Notes: generated by a model not told the origin, from the sequence alone. DNA of 57,120 bases from a virus (IMGVR_UViG_3300028145_000159:1-57120); one strand, 5' to 3'. Counted from the stretch's first letter, positions 26,374 through 35,360 are shown. Program-made: numbers and translations.

Positions 26374-27831
26374 ATGCCTCTCACGCGGCCACTCAGTGCC
26401 CCCTACAAAACAGCCTTGCAGACGTATATCCAACTCCGGGAACATTGGCGCGATAGTCCACGACTCTATGTGCGCCAACGGTTTGGCATCGAACCCACCT
26501 GGCAGCAAGCCAAGATTCTTGATGCGATTGCGCCACCTGGCGCCAAAGTGACGGTGAGAGCTGGCCATGGGATCGGGAAGTCCGGGGCGGCGTCATGGTG
26601 TATCTATTGGTTCATGGAGACCCACGACTTTGCCCGTGTCCCCTGTACTGCGCCCTCCGCCCATCAGCTCCGCGATATTCTCTGGGGCGAACTCGCGAAA
26701 TGGAAACGCCACGCGGACGAACTCAGCCAGCAACGCGGGGATCATCCTCGCTTGTGGCTGTCGCGGCTCTTCAAGCTGACCACGGATAGCCTCTATGATC
26801 CGCAGGCCCGTGACTGGGCCGCACTTGCCCGGACGGCACGGAAAGAGAACCCGGATGCCCTGCAGGGGCAGCATGCGACCCATATTCTGTACGTGATGGA
26901 CGAAGCGCCCGGCATCCCTGAGCCGATCTTTGAGACGGCAGAAGGGGCCCTCTCGACGCCGGATGCCCGGTCGCTCATGCTGGGAAACCCGACGCGGACA
27001 AGCGGCACGTTTCATGCCTCACATCACCAGAGCCGTGCTGATTATACCTCGCTGCATTTTCGCTCCCAGGATTCGCCACTGGTGGCGCCAGGCTACCGGG
27101 AACGCCTCGTCAGAAAATGGGGGGAAGGCTCCAACGTCGTGCGGGTGCGGGCCGATGGCGAATTCCCCAAACAAGAAGACGATGTGCTGATCTCGCTGGA
27201 GCTGACGGAGCCCTGCTTAACACGAGAGCGTGTCGCGGGGGAAGGCAAGCGGCGCTTGGGCGTCGATGTGGCGCGCATGGGGAGTGATCGTACAGCATTG
27301 GTGTTGCGGCATGGGCGCCTAGTGGAGCACATCAAAGTCTACGCCAAGCAAGATACCATGGTGACCGTGGGCTGTATCGTCGCGGTGCTCGAAGTCTGGC
27401 GGGTCGAAGAGATTGACGTCGATGTCATTGGTCTGGGCGCGGGGGTCTATGATCGGCTGGCGGAGTTGCGACGCCAGGGCGGAATTACGTGTGATGTCGT
27501 CGCCGTGAACGTCGCCCAGAAAGCGCCAGTGCCTAAGCCAGGCGAGCCCAAGCCGCGCTTGCTTCGGGACTATTTGTGGCTAGAGTTAGCCCGATGGTTA
27601 CGCGATGAGGCCCCCGTGTTTTGCGCTGAGGACCCGATAGCCTGCGAGGATTTGGCTGGGGAGCTGGCCAGCGTGAAGTATGGGCTGGATAGTGAAGGGC
27701 ATATCGTGGTTGAGGACAAGGACGGCATGAAAAAGCGGCTGAGGCATAGTCCAGACTTGGCCGATGGGCTCGGGTGTACGTTTGCGCCACCCATGGGCAG
27801 CCCCATGCAGACCCGGAAGTTCCGCGTATGA
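26374..27831 (+). CDS. terL: Terminase large subunit
   Basis: Walker A GHGIGKS, Walker B YVMDEA, GNP motif, nuclease GVDVARMGSD and SPDLAD. Confidence 0.96.
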   Translation: MPLTRPLSAPYKTALQTYIQLREHWRDSPRLYVRQRFGIEPTWQQAKILDAIAPPGAKVTVRAGHGIGKSGAASWCIYWFMETHDFARVPCTAPSAHQLRDILWGELAKWKRHADELSQQRGDHPRLWLSRLFKLTTDSLYDPQARDWAALARTARKENPDALQGQHATHILYVMDEAPGIPEPIFETAEGALSTPDARSLMLGNPTRTSGTFHASHHQSRADYTSLHFRSQDSPLVAPGYRERLVRKWGEGSNVVRVRADGEFPKQEDDVLISLELTEPCLTRERVAGEGKRRLGVDVARMGSDRTALVLRHGRLVEHIKVYAKQDTMVTVGCIVAVLEVWRVEEIDVDVIGLGAGVYDRLAELRRQGGITCDVVAVNVAQKAPVPKPGEPKPRLLRDYLWLELARWLRDEAPVFCAEDPIACEDLAGELASVKYGLDSEGHIVVEDKDGMKKRLRHSPDLADGLGCTFAPPMGSPMQTRKFRV

Positions 27832-28031
27832 GTCTCCCCATCGCCGCTGACCTCTGGCAGCAGCTCTGCCAGGTGCAAGCGCAGTTCCCCAGTTGTGTCG
27901 TGACCCTGTATAAGCATGGGGGCGTGATCGGGAAGGCCGAGGTGCTGCTGACGCTGAAAGCGGGGCAACCATTGCAGGAGTGTCCTGCCGTGTGTCAGAG
28001 AGAAGGGCGCGAGGTATGGCACGAACACTAA
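27828..28031 (+). CDS. Hypothetical protein
   Basis: ATGA overlap with terL. Confidence 0.55.
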   Translation: MSLPIAADLWQQLCQVQAQFPSCVVTLYKHGGVIGKAEVLLTLKAGQPLQECPAVCQREGREVWHEH

Positions 28032-28957
28032 AGACGCCTAGTGTGCTCGATCTCCGCTTCCAGTCGTTTGGCCAGTACCTGGTCTTGGGCAAGGGGAAGA
28101 AGACGAAGCATGGACAATTCTGGGTCTGCCAGTGCGCCTGTAATCAGCAGGCGGAGATCCATGAGGCGGCATTGCTAGAGGGCAGAGCGAAGAGTTGCGG
28201 GTGTGATTATGTCAATAGTCGTGGGCAATACAGAGGGCCGGGATACTATCGAGACTTAACAGGACAACAATACGGAAATATGCTTGTCCTGCAACGTATG
28301 GTAGGAAAGCATCTCAAAAAAACCTGGTGGCAATGCCAGTGTACCTGTGGTCAGGAAGCAGCCATCTTGAGGAGTAATTTACTGTCTGGAAATTCTCGGC
28401 AATGCAAACGATGCGCTTATTCCAACTTGTCCAACATTGTTACTCAACGTTGGTATGGGGCATGGTTTGTGCTAGAGCGTGGACAGTCAACACCGCATGG
28501 AGCGGCGCAATATTTATGTCGTTGTGGCCGTTGCGGGCGTGAGATTTTGGTTGCGTCGGAATCTCTCAGAACTAGGACATCGCAAAGCTGTGGCTGTCCT
28601 GGAAAAGGACAAAGAAGAAAAACATCTTTGCTTTATCATACTTTTGGGCGTTTATATGTTATTGAAAAAACAGAAAAAAATAAACATGGGCAAACATGTT
28701 ATTTGTGCCAGTGCGTTTGTAAAGCAAAAACTCTCAAAATTGTTCCCGCCTGTAAATTACTTTCAGGGAAAACGCAAAGTTGTGGTTGTCTTGCAAGAGA
28801 GAAAGCAGCCGAAAATATGAGGCAATATCATCTTGCAAAGGCCAACCATGCTCGCCTTGATTGGACGCTCGATATCCTACGGCGCCATGGCGCCATGCCG
28901 CCAGAGGACCGTGCGCCGCAGTCGCTTGACAAAAATGGTGCATGCGTCCACACTTAG
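28016..28957 (+). CDS. Protein of four tandem CxC.CG...SCGC zinc-ribbon repeats (homing-endonuclease-associated); no nuclease domain visible
   Basis: DLTGQ.YG.L.V...W.C.C.CG...L.SG...SCGC x4; AT-rich. Confidence 0.85.
   Translation: MARTLKTPSVLDLRFQSFGQYLVLGKGKKTKHGQFWVCQCACNQQAEIHEAALLEGRAKSCGCDYVNSRGQYRGPGYYRDLTGQQYGNMLVLQRMVGKHLKKTWWQCQCTCGQEAAILRSNLLSGNSRQCKRCAYSNLSNIVTQRWYGAWFVLERGQSTPHGAAQYLCRCGRCGREILVASESLRTRTSQSCGCPGKGQRRKTSLLYHTFGRLYVIEKTEKNKHGQTCYLCQCVCKAKTLKIVPACKLLSGKTQSCGCLAREKAAENMRQYHLAKANHARLDWTLDILRRHGAMPPEDRAPQSLDKNGACVHT
28926..28954 (+). promoter_or_regulatory. Putative sigma-70 promoter
   Basis: TTGACA-17-CACACT. Confidence 0.55.
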
Positions 28958-29025
28958 CGTAGGCCAGTTGTCTCTTTCCCCAGATTGCCACTCCGCGTGA
29001 GTGAGCCCAGGCCACCGGACACCCC

Positions 29026-29065
29026 GAGCCTCATTGCTGGATTGCCCAGCGATGGGGCTTTTTTT
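29026..29065 (+). terminator. Intrinsic terminator
   Basis: AGCCTCATTGCTGG-loop-CCAGCGATGGGGCT followed by a T-tract. Confidence 0.8.
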
Positions 29066-29081
29066 GTGTGTGGAGGCACGC

Positions 29082-29279
29082 ATGGCCCGCAAGAAGGTCT
29101 CGATGAACGTGGGCACGACCGCCCGCAAGGCCCGCAACAAGGCGGCCGATGCGTTGAAGGCGCAGGGCGATTCCCCCGAGAAAGCCTTTGCCATCGCCAC
29201 AACCATTGTGAAAAATGCGTCTGCGGCTGGTCGGAAGCGCTTGGCGAAGCGCGGCCTGAAAAAAGCCAAGAAAGGGTAA
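29082..29279 (+). CDS. Small basic (Lys/Arg/Ala-rich) protein
   Basis: GGAGG RBS; 65 aa. Confidence 0.75.
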   Translation: MARKKVSMNVGTTARKARNKAADALKAQGDSPEKAFAIATTIVKNASAAGRKRLAKRGLKKAKKG

Positions 29280-29606
29280 CGCCGTGACATCCTCCGCCAG
29301 CTAAGGCAGGCGGCTTCGAACATCGAAACCGGAGTAAGAGTCTCCGGCGGTTACGGTTACCAGCTCTCTGATGAGCCGAGAGGTTTCCCCGTTTCTGAGC
29401 GCTGTCACGGCGCTCTAGCCAGTCGAGATATACCCGACTGGCCGCGTGGACGTTCCACGCATTGCTCTCATTCGTCGGTTCAACTTTTACCCAGAGCCCT
29501 TTGCTCTGGAACCCGGCGAAGCTGAAATCTCAAAGAGCCGCATCCTTGACGAGCGGTGTACGGCGCTGGACACCAGCTATTCCTGACCGCTCAGGACCGT
29601 AGTGAA
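29265..29606 (-). ncRNA. Putative TnpB omega-RNA (reRNA) with 3' guide from the flank
   Basis: Extended -10 TGcTACACT at about 29610-29618; at least 8 hairpins; ends in the RE hairpin plus TCAC. Confidence 0.7.
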
Positions 29607-29763
29607 GAGAGTGTAGCATATTAGTTCACTCTAGAACAGTAAACAAAGTCTAAACAGACTGTCTACAACATTGAACAAAGTCTGCATAGGGATACAAGGC
29701 TGGTGCTGCGCACCCCTCAATTCCCCTGTCAGCTCAAGCAGACAGTACCCTTGAGGGTTTCTT
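29284..29763 (-). mobile_element. Non-autonomous IS200/IS605-family element (no tnpA/tnpB)
   Basis: LE: CCAT target, GGTA guide, hairpin CTGTC..GACAG; RE: GAAG guide, hairpin CCGCC..GGCGG, terminal TCAC; removal restores RBS-ATG. Confidence 0.88.
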
Positions 29764-29934
29764 ATGGCGACGACGACCCAGACTTCTCTGCCTGTCCGTG
29801 TTTCCCTGCCGGCGATGGCCATGCCTATGCCGATGGGCCCCACGACGGCGAGTCCCCAGACGATGGCGGAGCATGCCCGGCTGATGGCGGATGCCCACCA
29901 ACGGGCGATGCAGAACGGACGGAGGCAGGACTAG
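29764..29934 (+). CDS. Small Met/Pro-rich protein (56 aa)
   Basis: ATG coincides with the IS target; TAG just before the portal start. Confidence 0.6.
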   Translation: MATTTQTSLPVRVSLPAMAMPMPMGPTTASPQTMAEHARLMADAHQRAMQNGRRQD

Positions 29935-29938
29935 CGCT

Positions 29939-31372
29939 ATGGCCGTGGCTCCGCACTTTCCCCACCCCGACTATACTCTCATGGCGCCCACCTGGCGCAA
30001 GCTGCGGGATGTGTACGCGGGGCGGGAAGCCTTGCTCCGGGGCACCACGCGCTATCTGCCACAGCCGACCAACATGGATGATGAGCGCTACCAGGGCTAT
30101 CTCACCCGCCCCAAGTGGTTTGGGGCGACCAGGCGCACGGTGCAAGCCTTTGAGGGCCTGGCCTTCCGGCAGCCGCTCAGTGTGGCCGCGCCGCCCAAGG
30201 TGGAAGCACAGCTTGAAACGCTGACGTCTACGGGCGTGTCCCTTCAGTCTCTGGCCCGCCTCATCTTCCGGGAAACACTCTTGATGGGCCGCTACGGCGT
30301 GCTGGTGGATATGGACAGTATTGGGCAACGCCCCTTTTGGGCCGGCTATCCGGCAGAGCAGATCACCAACTGGACGGTGGGGATTGTGGAGGGGAGACGG
30401 CAACTACTCCATGTGGAGTTAGTCGAGTGTGATTACGTGCTCGGCGCCGATGGGCATACGCAAGAGCCGCTGGAGACGATCCGCACGCTGCAACTGATAG
30501 ACGGTATCTATACACAAACGGTCGAACTGGTGACCAGTGCCGGCACACGCCAGCAGATCACCCAGGTCGTCCCCCAGCGGCAGGGCGGACCGCTCACTTT
30601 TCTCCCCTTTGTCTTCTTTGGCGTGAACGATCTGGAGTCGCAGGTCGAACTGTCCCCGATCAATGACCTGGCTGATACCAACCTGTCCTACTGGCGGCAT
30701 AGTGCGGACTATGAATGGTCCCTGCATCTCACGGCCAGCCCCACGCCCTGGGTGACCGGCCATGATCCGAGCCTGGACCTTGGGCCGGATGGGCAGCCGC
30801 TGGCCGAGCTGGTGTTAGGCAGCGACATGGCCATTTTTCTGAAGGAAGCCGATGCCAAAATCGGTATGCTGGAGTTCCAGGGGCATGGGCTGGAGCCGCT
30901 CCGGCAAGCCATGCTCGATGATAAGGCGGAAATGGCCAGCTTAGGGGCCCGCCTCTTGGAGGGCCAGCCCGAGACGAATGAGACCCTGGGCGCCTTTCGC
31001 ATGCGGCAAGCCGGGGATACGAGTGTTATTGCCGCGCTCGCACAGGCGTTGAGCGCGGGCCTGACCCGGCTGCTCAGGATGCACGCTTTCTGGTTTGGCG
31101 CGGCGCAGACGGCGGAAGATACGCGGGTCCGGTGCAGCTTGCCGACGAACTTTGTGACCGTGAAGCTGGAGCCGCAGATGTTGACGGCGCTGTTGGCGGG
31201 CGTGCAGAGTGGGCATATCAGCCAGGAAACGTTCTATTGGAACATGCAACAGGGAGACATGGCCGAACCGGGCGTGGACTGGGAAGAAGAGATGGCAAGA
31301 ATAGAAAGTGCTACTCCTGCCATGGCCCGGCTCGTTACTCCGACAGCAGGAGGGCTCAATGGCACAGGATAA
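29939..31372 (+). CDS. Portal protein (DUF4055 type)
   Basis: HPDY...W....D.Y.G...YLP...Y..YL.R; GRYGVLVD; LPFVF.G; N.SYWR.SADYE. Confidence 0.92.
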   Translation: MAVAPHFPHPDYTLMAPTWRKLRDVYAGREALLRGTTRYLPQPTNMDDERYQGYLTRPKWFGATRRTVQAFEGLAFRQPLSVAAPPKVEAQLETLTSTGVSLQSLARLIFRETLLMGRYGVLVDMDSIGQRPFWAGYPAEQITNWTVGIVEGRRQLLHVELVECDYVLGADGHTQEPLETIRTLQLIDGIYTQTVELVTSAGTRQQITQVVPQRQGGPLTFLPFVFFGVNDLESQVELSPINDLADTNLSYWRHSADYEWSLHLTASPTPWVTGHDPSLDLGPDGQPLAELVLGSDMAIFLKEADAKIGMLEFQGHGLEPLRQAMLDDKAEMASLGARLLEGQPETNETLGAFRMRQAGDTSVIAALAQALSAGLTRLLRMHAFWFGAAQTAEDTRVRCSLPTNFVTVKLEPQMLTALLAGVQSGHISQETFYWNMQQGDMAEPGVDWEEEMARIESATPAMARLVTPTAGGLNGTG

Positions 31373-31391
31373 TATACCATTGACCCATGTC

Positions 31392-32042
31392 TTAACTCAG
31401 GGTCAACAGCAAAGGCTGGACCGGGCACAGAATAGCTCGTGCCCCTTTTTTGCAGTTACAGCTTTTACAGGCTGGCACGACATTCGCCACGGTATGGTTG
31501 CCACCCTGGGCAAACGGCGTGATATGGTCCTGCGTCAGTTTGTGGGTTTTCTTGCGACATCGCCAACAGGTAGACGGGCAATAGACGCAACGAAAATTGT
31601 ACGCCGCTTGAATTTCTTCCCATTGCTCAGCCGTCAAGTCGTTAATAGGCACAGCAAGTTTTCGCGCACGTCGGCGTTGTGTTTTCTCGCGTACCTTTTC
31701 CGGGTTCGCTCTTTGCCATGCCACCATGTTGGCAATCAGTTGCTCACGATGGGCAGCATAATAGGCAGCATAATACTCAGTTTTTGTTCCAAGCAACTCT
31801 TCACGGTGCTTCGCATACCAAGCCTTCGCCTTCGCCGATCTTTCTTCGCGATGCTCAGCGTGATAGATGGCCTTTCTTCTCCGCGTTTCTTCAGTGTGCG
31901 TCGCAGCATACCGCGCATTGTACAGACGGGTTTCTTCCAAGCGCGTCGCGCGATGTTTCGCTCTTTGGAGTCGAATAGCTTCCCGGTTGGTTTCCCGGTA
32001 GGCAATCATGTACGCGCGTTTTTCTTCAGGGGTTTTTGGCAT
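31392..32042 (-). CDS. HNH endonuclease with N-terminal helical repeats
   Basis: RRARK....NDLTAEQW...CVYC...LTQDHITPFAQGG.HT..NVVPACKSCN.KK. Confidence 0.92.
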   Translation of the reverse strand: MPKTPEEKRAYMIAYRETNREAIRLQRAKHRATRLEETRLYNARYAATHTEETRRRKAIYHAEHREERSAKAKAWYAKHREELLGTKTEYYAAYYAAHREQLIANMVAWQRANPEKVREKTQRRRARKLAVPINDLTAEQWEEIQAAYNFRCVYCPSTCWRCRKKTHKLTQDHITPFAQGGNHTVANVVPACKSCNCKKGARAILCPVQPLLLTLS

Positions 32043-32043
32043 G

Positions 32044-32141
32044 GGGTCCCTTTCATCTTGAGGGCATCATTGAAGAAGAAGTGGCAGGCAATTGATGAGA
32101 TTGCCAGCGTCGCGAACGCTTTGCCACTTCGCATGATTATA
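32044..32141 (-). promoter_or_regulatory. Promoter and structured 5' leader of the HNH gene
   Basis: TATAAT at 32141-32136; three-stem junction 32078-32130. Confidence 0.6.
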
Positions 32142-32221
32142 CAACATAAAGTTATGGTATACAACAAACTTCACGAAGATGAGCTGCCCTCTCCGCAGCA
32201 GAACGGCGTGGTGGCGTAACC

Positions 32222-32503
32222 ATGGCACAGATTCTCCCGTTCCCTGCGCGCAAAGACCCCTATCTCACTGGCGAAGCGCGGTGCTTGCACTGCGGGCATA
32301 TCTATGTCGCTGTGAGTCCTGTCGGGACGGTGGAGGAGTTGGAATGTCCCCACTGTGGGTTGTTCAAGTCCATTTACCAGGGGTTGACTGAGCCTCCCAA
32401 GGGCGTGCGGTGGGTCTGTGCATGCGGGGGCGATCTCTTCTATATCGTGCCAGCGGACGGGTGCCAATGTTTGAAATGTGGGCGTATCCAGTCAGGATTC
32501 TAA
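32222..32503 (+). CDS. Multi-CxxC zinc-ribbon protein
   Basis: CLHC, CPHC, CAC, CLKC. Confidence 0.8.
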   Translation: MAQILPFPARKDPYLTGEARCLHCGHIYVAVSPVGTVEELECPHCGLFKSIYQGLTEPPKGVRWVCACGGDLFYIVPADGCQCLKCGRIQSGF

Positions 32504-32513
32504 GGCATGCGTG

Positions 32514-33506
32514 ATGAGTGACCGCACCGACAAACTCACCAACGCGCTGCTGGGGCAGGCCGTGACGCTGGCCCGCCTCGAAGCCGGCGAGCAGCAACGG
32601 ATTACGCACCGGCTCTTCCCGTTGTGGAGCCGTCTCCGCACCCAAGTCGCCGTGGATGATCCGACCGCACCGCCGACCTTGCCAGAGCGGTTACGCCGGG
32701 TCAAAGCGCTGGTGGCGCTGGTGACCCAGCTCACCAATGAGACGTTTGGGGCGATTGCCGCCACGCATCAGGCCGTCCGGCAGGACATTGCGGACTGGGT
32801 GCAGCATGCGACCCAGCGTCTCTTGCAAACGATAGGCGAAGCGGCCCTGTTCACGCGCACCCTGACGCAGCAGGCCCTCACCCGCGTGGTCGATGCCGCG
32901 CTGGTGTTTGGCGCGCCGATCCGGGACTGGTGGGCCAGGCAAGCGGCCACGGTGCAACAGCAGGTGGGGGACCGACTGCGACAAGGGGTCCTGCACGAGC
33001 AGCGACTGCCGAGGCTCTTACAAGAGGTCGATGCGGTGCAGGCGACGACCACCAGGAACACCGAGACGTTGACGCATGGCAGCCTGGCGCGGGCGCAGCA
33101 AGCGACGCTGACGGCATTGACCGAAGCGAATCGCGCACGGCTGGACGGGGTCGCGTGGATCGCGACCTTCGATAACAGGGCGTGTCCCATCTGTATCGCC
33201 CTGAGTGGTCAGTCGTGGACCCTCAACCATGAGCCCTTGCACGGCAGCAGTCCCTGGCCGGGGGAACCGCCGATCCATGGAAATTGCCGCTGTATCCTGA
33301 GTCCCCTGCCCGAGGGCGAAACGGGGCCGCAGGATCAGACGTTTGCGCATTGGTTACGGCAGCAACCGGAAACCGAGCAACGGGCCATTCTCGGGCCTGG
33401 TCGCTTCGTGTTGTGGAAGGCGGGGAAGTTAAAACTCTCGCGCCTGGTGGATCAACATCACCGGGCGTTGACGTTGGAGCAGTTGCGGAGCGAGTCCGCC
33501 GCGTAG
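32514..33506 (+). CDS. Head morphogenesis protein (MuF/SPP1 gp7-like)
   Basis: WIATFDNRACPIC.ALSG...PPIHGNCRC; TF..WL..Q....Q..ILG. Confidence 0.92.
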   Translation: MSDRTDKLTNALLGQAVTLARLEAGEQQRITHRLFPLWSRLRTQVAVDDPTAPPTLPERLRRVKALVALVTQLTNETFGAIAATHQAVRQDIADWVQHATQRLLQTIGEAALFTRTLTQQALTRVVDAALVFGAPIRDWWARQAATVQQQVGDRLRQGVLHEQRLPRLLQEVDAVQATTTRNTETLTHGSLARAQQATLTALTEANRARLDGVAWIATFDNRACPICIALSGQSWTLNHEPLHGSSPWPGEPPIHGNCRCILSPLPEGETGPQDQTFAHWLRQQPETEQRAILGPGRFVLWKAGKLKLSRLVDQHHRALTLEQLRSESAA

Positions 33507-33597
33507 GGTGTTCCAGGGCTGCCAGGGTGATCCTGGTGGCTTGCAGAGTGAGTCTGCGGTATCTGCCAAGCGATTTGGCTGCACGAAAGGACCAAGG

Positions 33598-34353
33598 ATG
33601 GCGTTGCCTTTGACGACCGAGAAGCTAGAAGACCTGCCGGAAGTGGTGCGCGAGCATTATGTGGAGCGCAACGGGAAATGGACGCTGGAAACCGATGTGG
33701 ACCCGCGCCTCGTGACAGCCCGGAAGGAATCGGGGGAGGAACGGCGCAAGCGCCAGGAGCTGGAGCGGGAAAACCAGGCCATGAAGCAGCAGGTCGAAGA
33801 ACTGAAGCAGCGCCGGCAGAAAGAAGAGGGCGACGAAGAGACCGCCTCCCAGCGCTACCAGCGGCTCCGGGCCGAGGCCGACGAAGCCAAACGGAAAGCG
33901 GATGAGGACTTGCGCGAGCGCGATAGCCAAATCCAGCGGCTCCGCACCGACCTCACCAAAGAGCGCATCGGCGCCCGCATTCGCAACGAAGCGCAACGCG
34001 CCGGGCTGATCCAGCAGGCGATTGACGACGCGGTCTCGGCTGGCATGGGGGTCTTTCGGGAAGACGAGAGCAGTAAGTTGGCGGCCTTTGATGGCGGCAA
34101 TGAGCGGCTCTTCGGCCGGAACGGCGAAGACCTGACGATTGCCGAGTGGTTGACGGATCGCCGCGTCGATAAGCCGCACTGGTTTGGGGCAGCCCAAAAC
34201 GGCGCCGGCAATCAAGGCGGTGGCGCGGCCCATCAAGGGGGTGGGGCCCCCGCGCGGCCACGACCGAAGAACCGTAGTGAAATGACCGCAGCCGAGAAAG
34301 CTGCGTCTATTAGCGACCTGGGCATTGAGGGCTTTATGGCCCTTCCAGCCTAG
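33598..34353 (+). CDS. Capsid scaffolding protein
   Basis: LEDLPE..REHYVE..GKW.L, coiled coil, PHWF...GGGA, C-terminal MT..EKA..I...G...M.LP. Confidence 0.85.
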   Translation: MALPLTTEKLEDLPEVVREHYVERNGKWTLETDVDPRLVTARKESGEERRKRQELERENQAMKQQVEELKQRRQKEEGDEETASQRYQRLRAEADEAKRKADEDLRERDSQIQRLRTDLTKERIGARIRNEAQRAGLIQQAIDDAVSAGMGVFREDESSKLAAFDGGNERLFGRNGEDLTIAEWLTDRRVDKPHWFGAAQNGAGNQGGGAAHQGGGAPARPRPKNRSEMTAAEKAASISDLGIEGFMALPA

Positions 34354-34376
34354 CAGCACGCTGAGAAAGGACACGC

Positions 34377-35351
34377 ATGGCAGCCGGGGTATCGACGACC
34401 AATTGGAAAGTCTACGAAGAGCAGTTCTGGGGCGGCTTTACGGAGGTGCAGGAACAGAATATCCGCGCCTTTGATGCGGCCTCGGCGGGTGCCATTCGGA
34501 TTGTCTCGGCGCGCAAGCGGGGCAACTATGAGCAAGAAAGTTTCCTCAAAAAAGTCTCGGCCCTGGTGACACGGCGCGACATTACGTCGGTCTCCGCCGC
34601 CACCGATACCGGCCTGGTGACGGATGAGCTGGTGCGGGTGAAAATTAACCGCAAAATCGGTCCCGTGGCCGAAACGCTCGACGCCTGGCGGAAAATCGGG
34701 CAAGACCCGGCCACCATGTCCTTTCTCCTCGGCCAGCAAGCCGCGCCCGACATTCAAGCCGATTATCTCAACAGTGCCATCCGGGCGGTGCGGGCCGCGA
34801 TTACCGCCGTGACCGCGCTCAACTTTGACGGGACGGCGGGCGTGTTGTCGTTTGCATCACTGATTGCGGGCCTGGCGCTGTTTGGCGATAAAGCCACCTC
34901 GATTGTCTGCTGGCTGATGCACAGCAAGCCGTTCTTTGACCTGTTCAGTGATGGCATCACCAACTACAAGATCGATACGGTTGGGGGCTTTATGCTCGTC
35001 ACCGGTACACCGGTGAGCCTGGGGCGGCCGATTGTCGTCACCGACTCGGCCGCCCTCATCACCACGGGCAGCCCCAATCAGTACCATACCCTGGGCCTGG
35101 TGGCTGACGCCGTGACCGTGACTGAATCCGAGGAGCGCGTCATCGAAAGCGATCTGGTCACCGGCTTGGAAAACCTCGTGATGCGCGTGCAGGGGGAGTA
35201 CGCCTTCAACGTCGGCGTGAAGGGGGCCCAGTGGGACATGACCGCCGGCGGCGTGAACCCGACCGATGCGGCGCTGGTGACCAGCACCAACTGGGATAAA
35301 GTGGCCACCGACAATAAATCGTGTGCCGGCATTCGTATCTACAGCGACTAG
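34377..35351 (+). CDS. Major capsid protein
   Basis: Follows scaffold; EVQEQN..AF.AASAGAI; FGD.A..I..W.MHSK; LGRP.VVTDS; QGEY...V.G..WD. Confidence 0.93.
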   Translation: MAAGVSTTNWKVYEEQFWGGFTEVQEQNIRAFDAASAGAIRIVSARKRGNYEQESFLKKVSALVTRRDITSVSAATDTGLVTDELVRVKINRKIGPVAETLDAWRKIGQDPATMSFLLGQQAAPDIQADYLNSAIRAVRAAITAVTALNFDGTAGVLSFASLIAGLALFGDKATSIVCWLMHSKPFFDLFSDGITNYKIDTVGGFMLVTGTPVSLGRPIVVTDSAALITTGSPNQYHTLGLVADAVTVTESEERVIESDLVTGLENLVMRVQGEYAFNVGVKGAQWDMTAGGVNPTDAALVTSTNWDKVATDNKSCAGIRIYSD

Positions 35352-35360
35352 GAGGCGGCC

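Noticed and set aside
29320-29385. Hammerhead-like CTGATGAG-CC-GAGA-GG on the plus strand
   Set aside because: No GAAA follows stem II, and the upstream GAAAC stem does not end in the required U-H; better explained as the complement of an omega-RNA hairpin.
29284-29460. Group I intron/IStron (AAACGGGGAAACC...GGTAACCG resembles P/Q elements)
   Set aside because: No recognisable R/S (P7) elements, and the element is intergenic and antisense to the operon.
29280-29520. Open minus-strand frame with NAWNV, faintly like a TnpB C-terminus
   Set aside because: No start codon, zinc finger or catalytic Asp; not called as a CDS.
31308-32219. 303-aa plus-strand ORF
   Set aside because: Shadow of the HNH gene; only the last ~15 codons look like a real (stranded) gene end.
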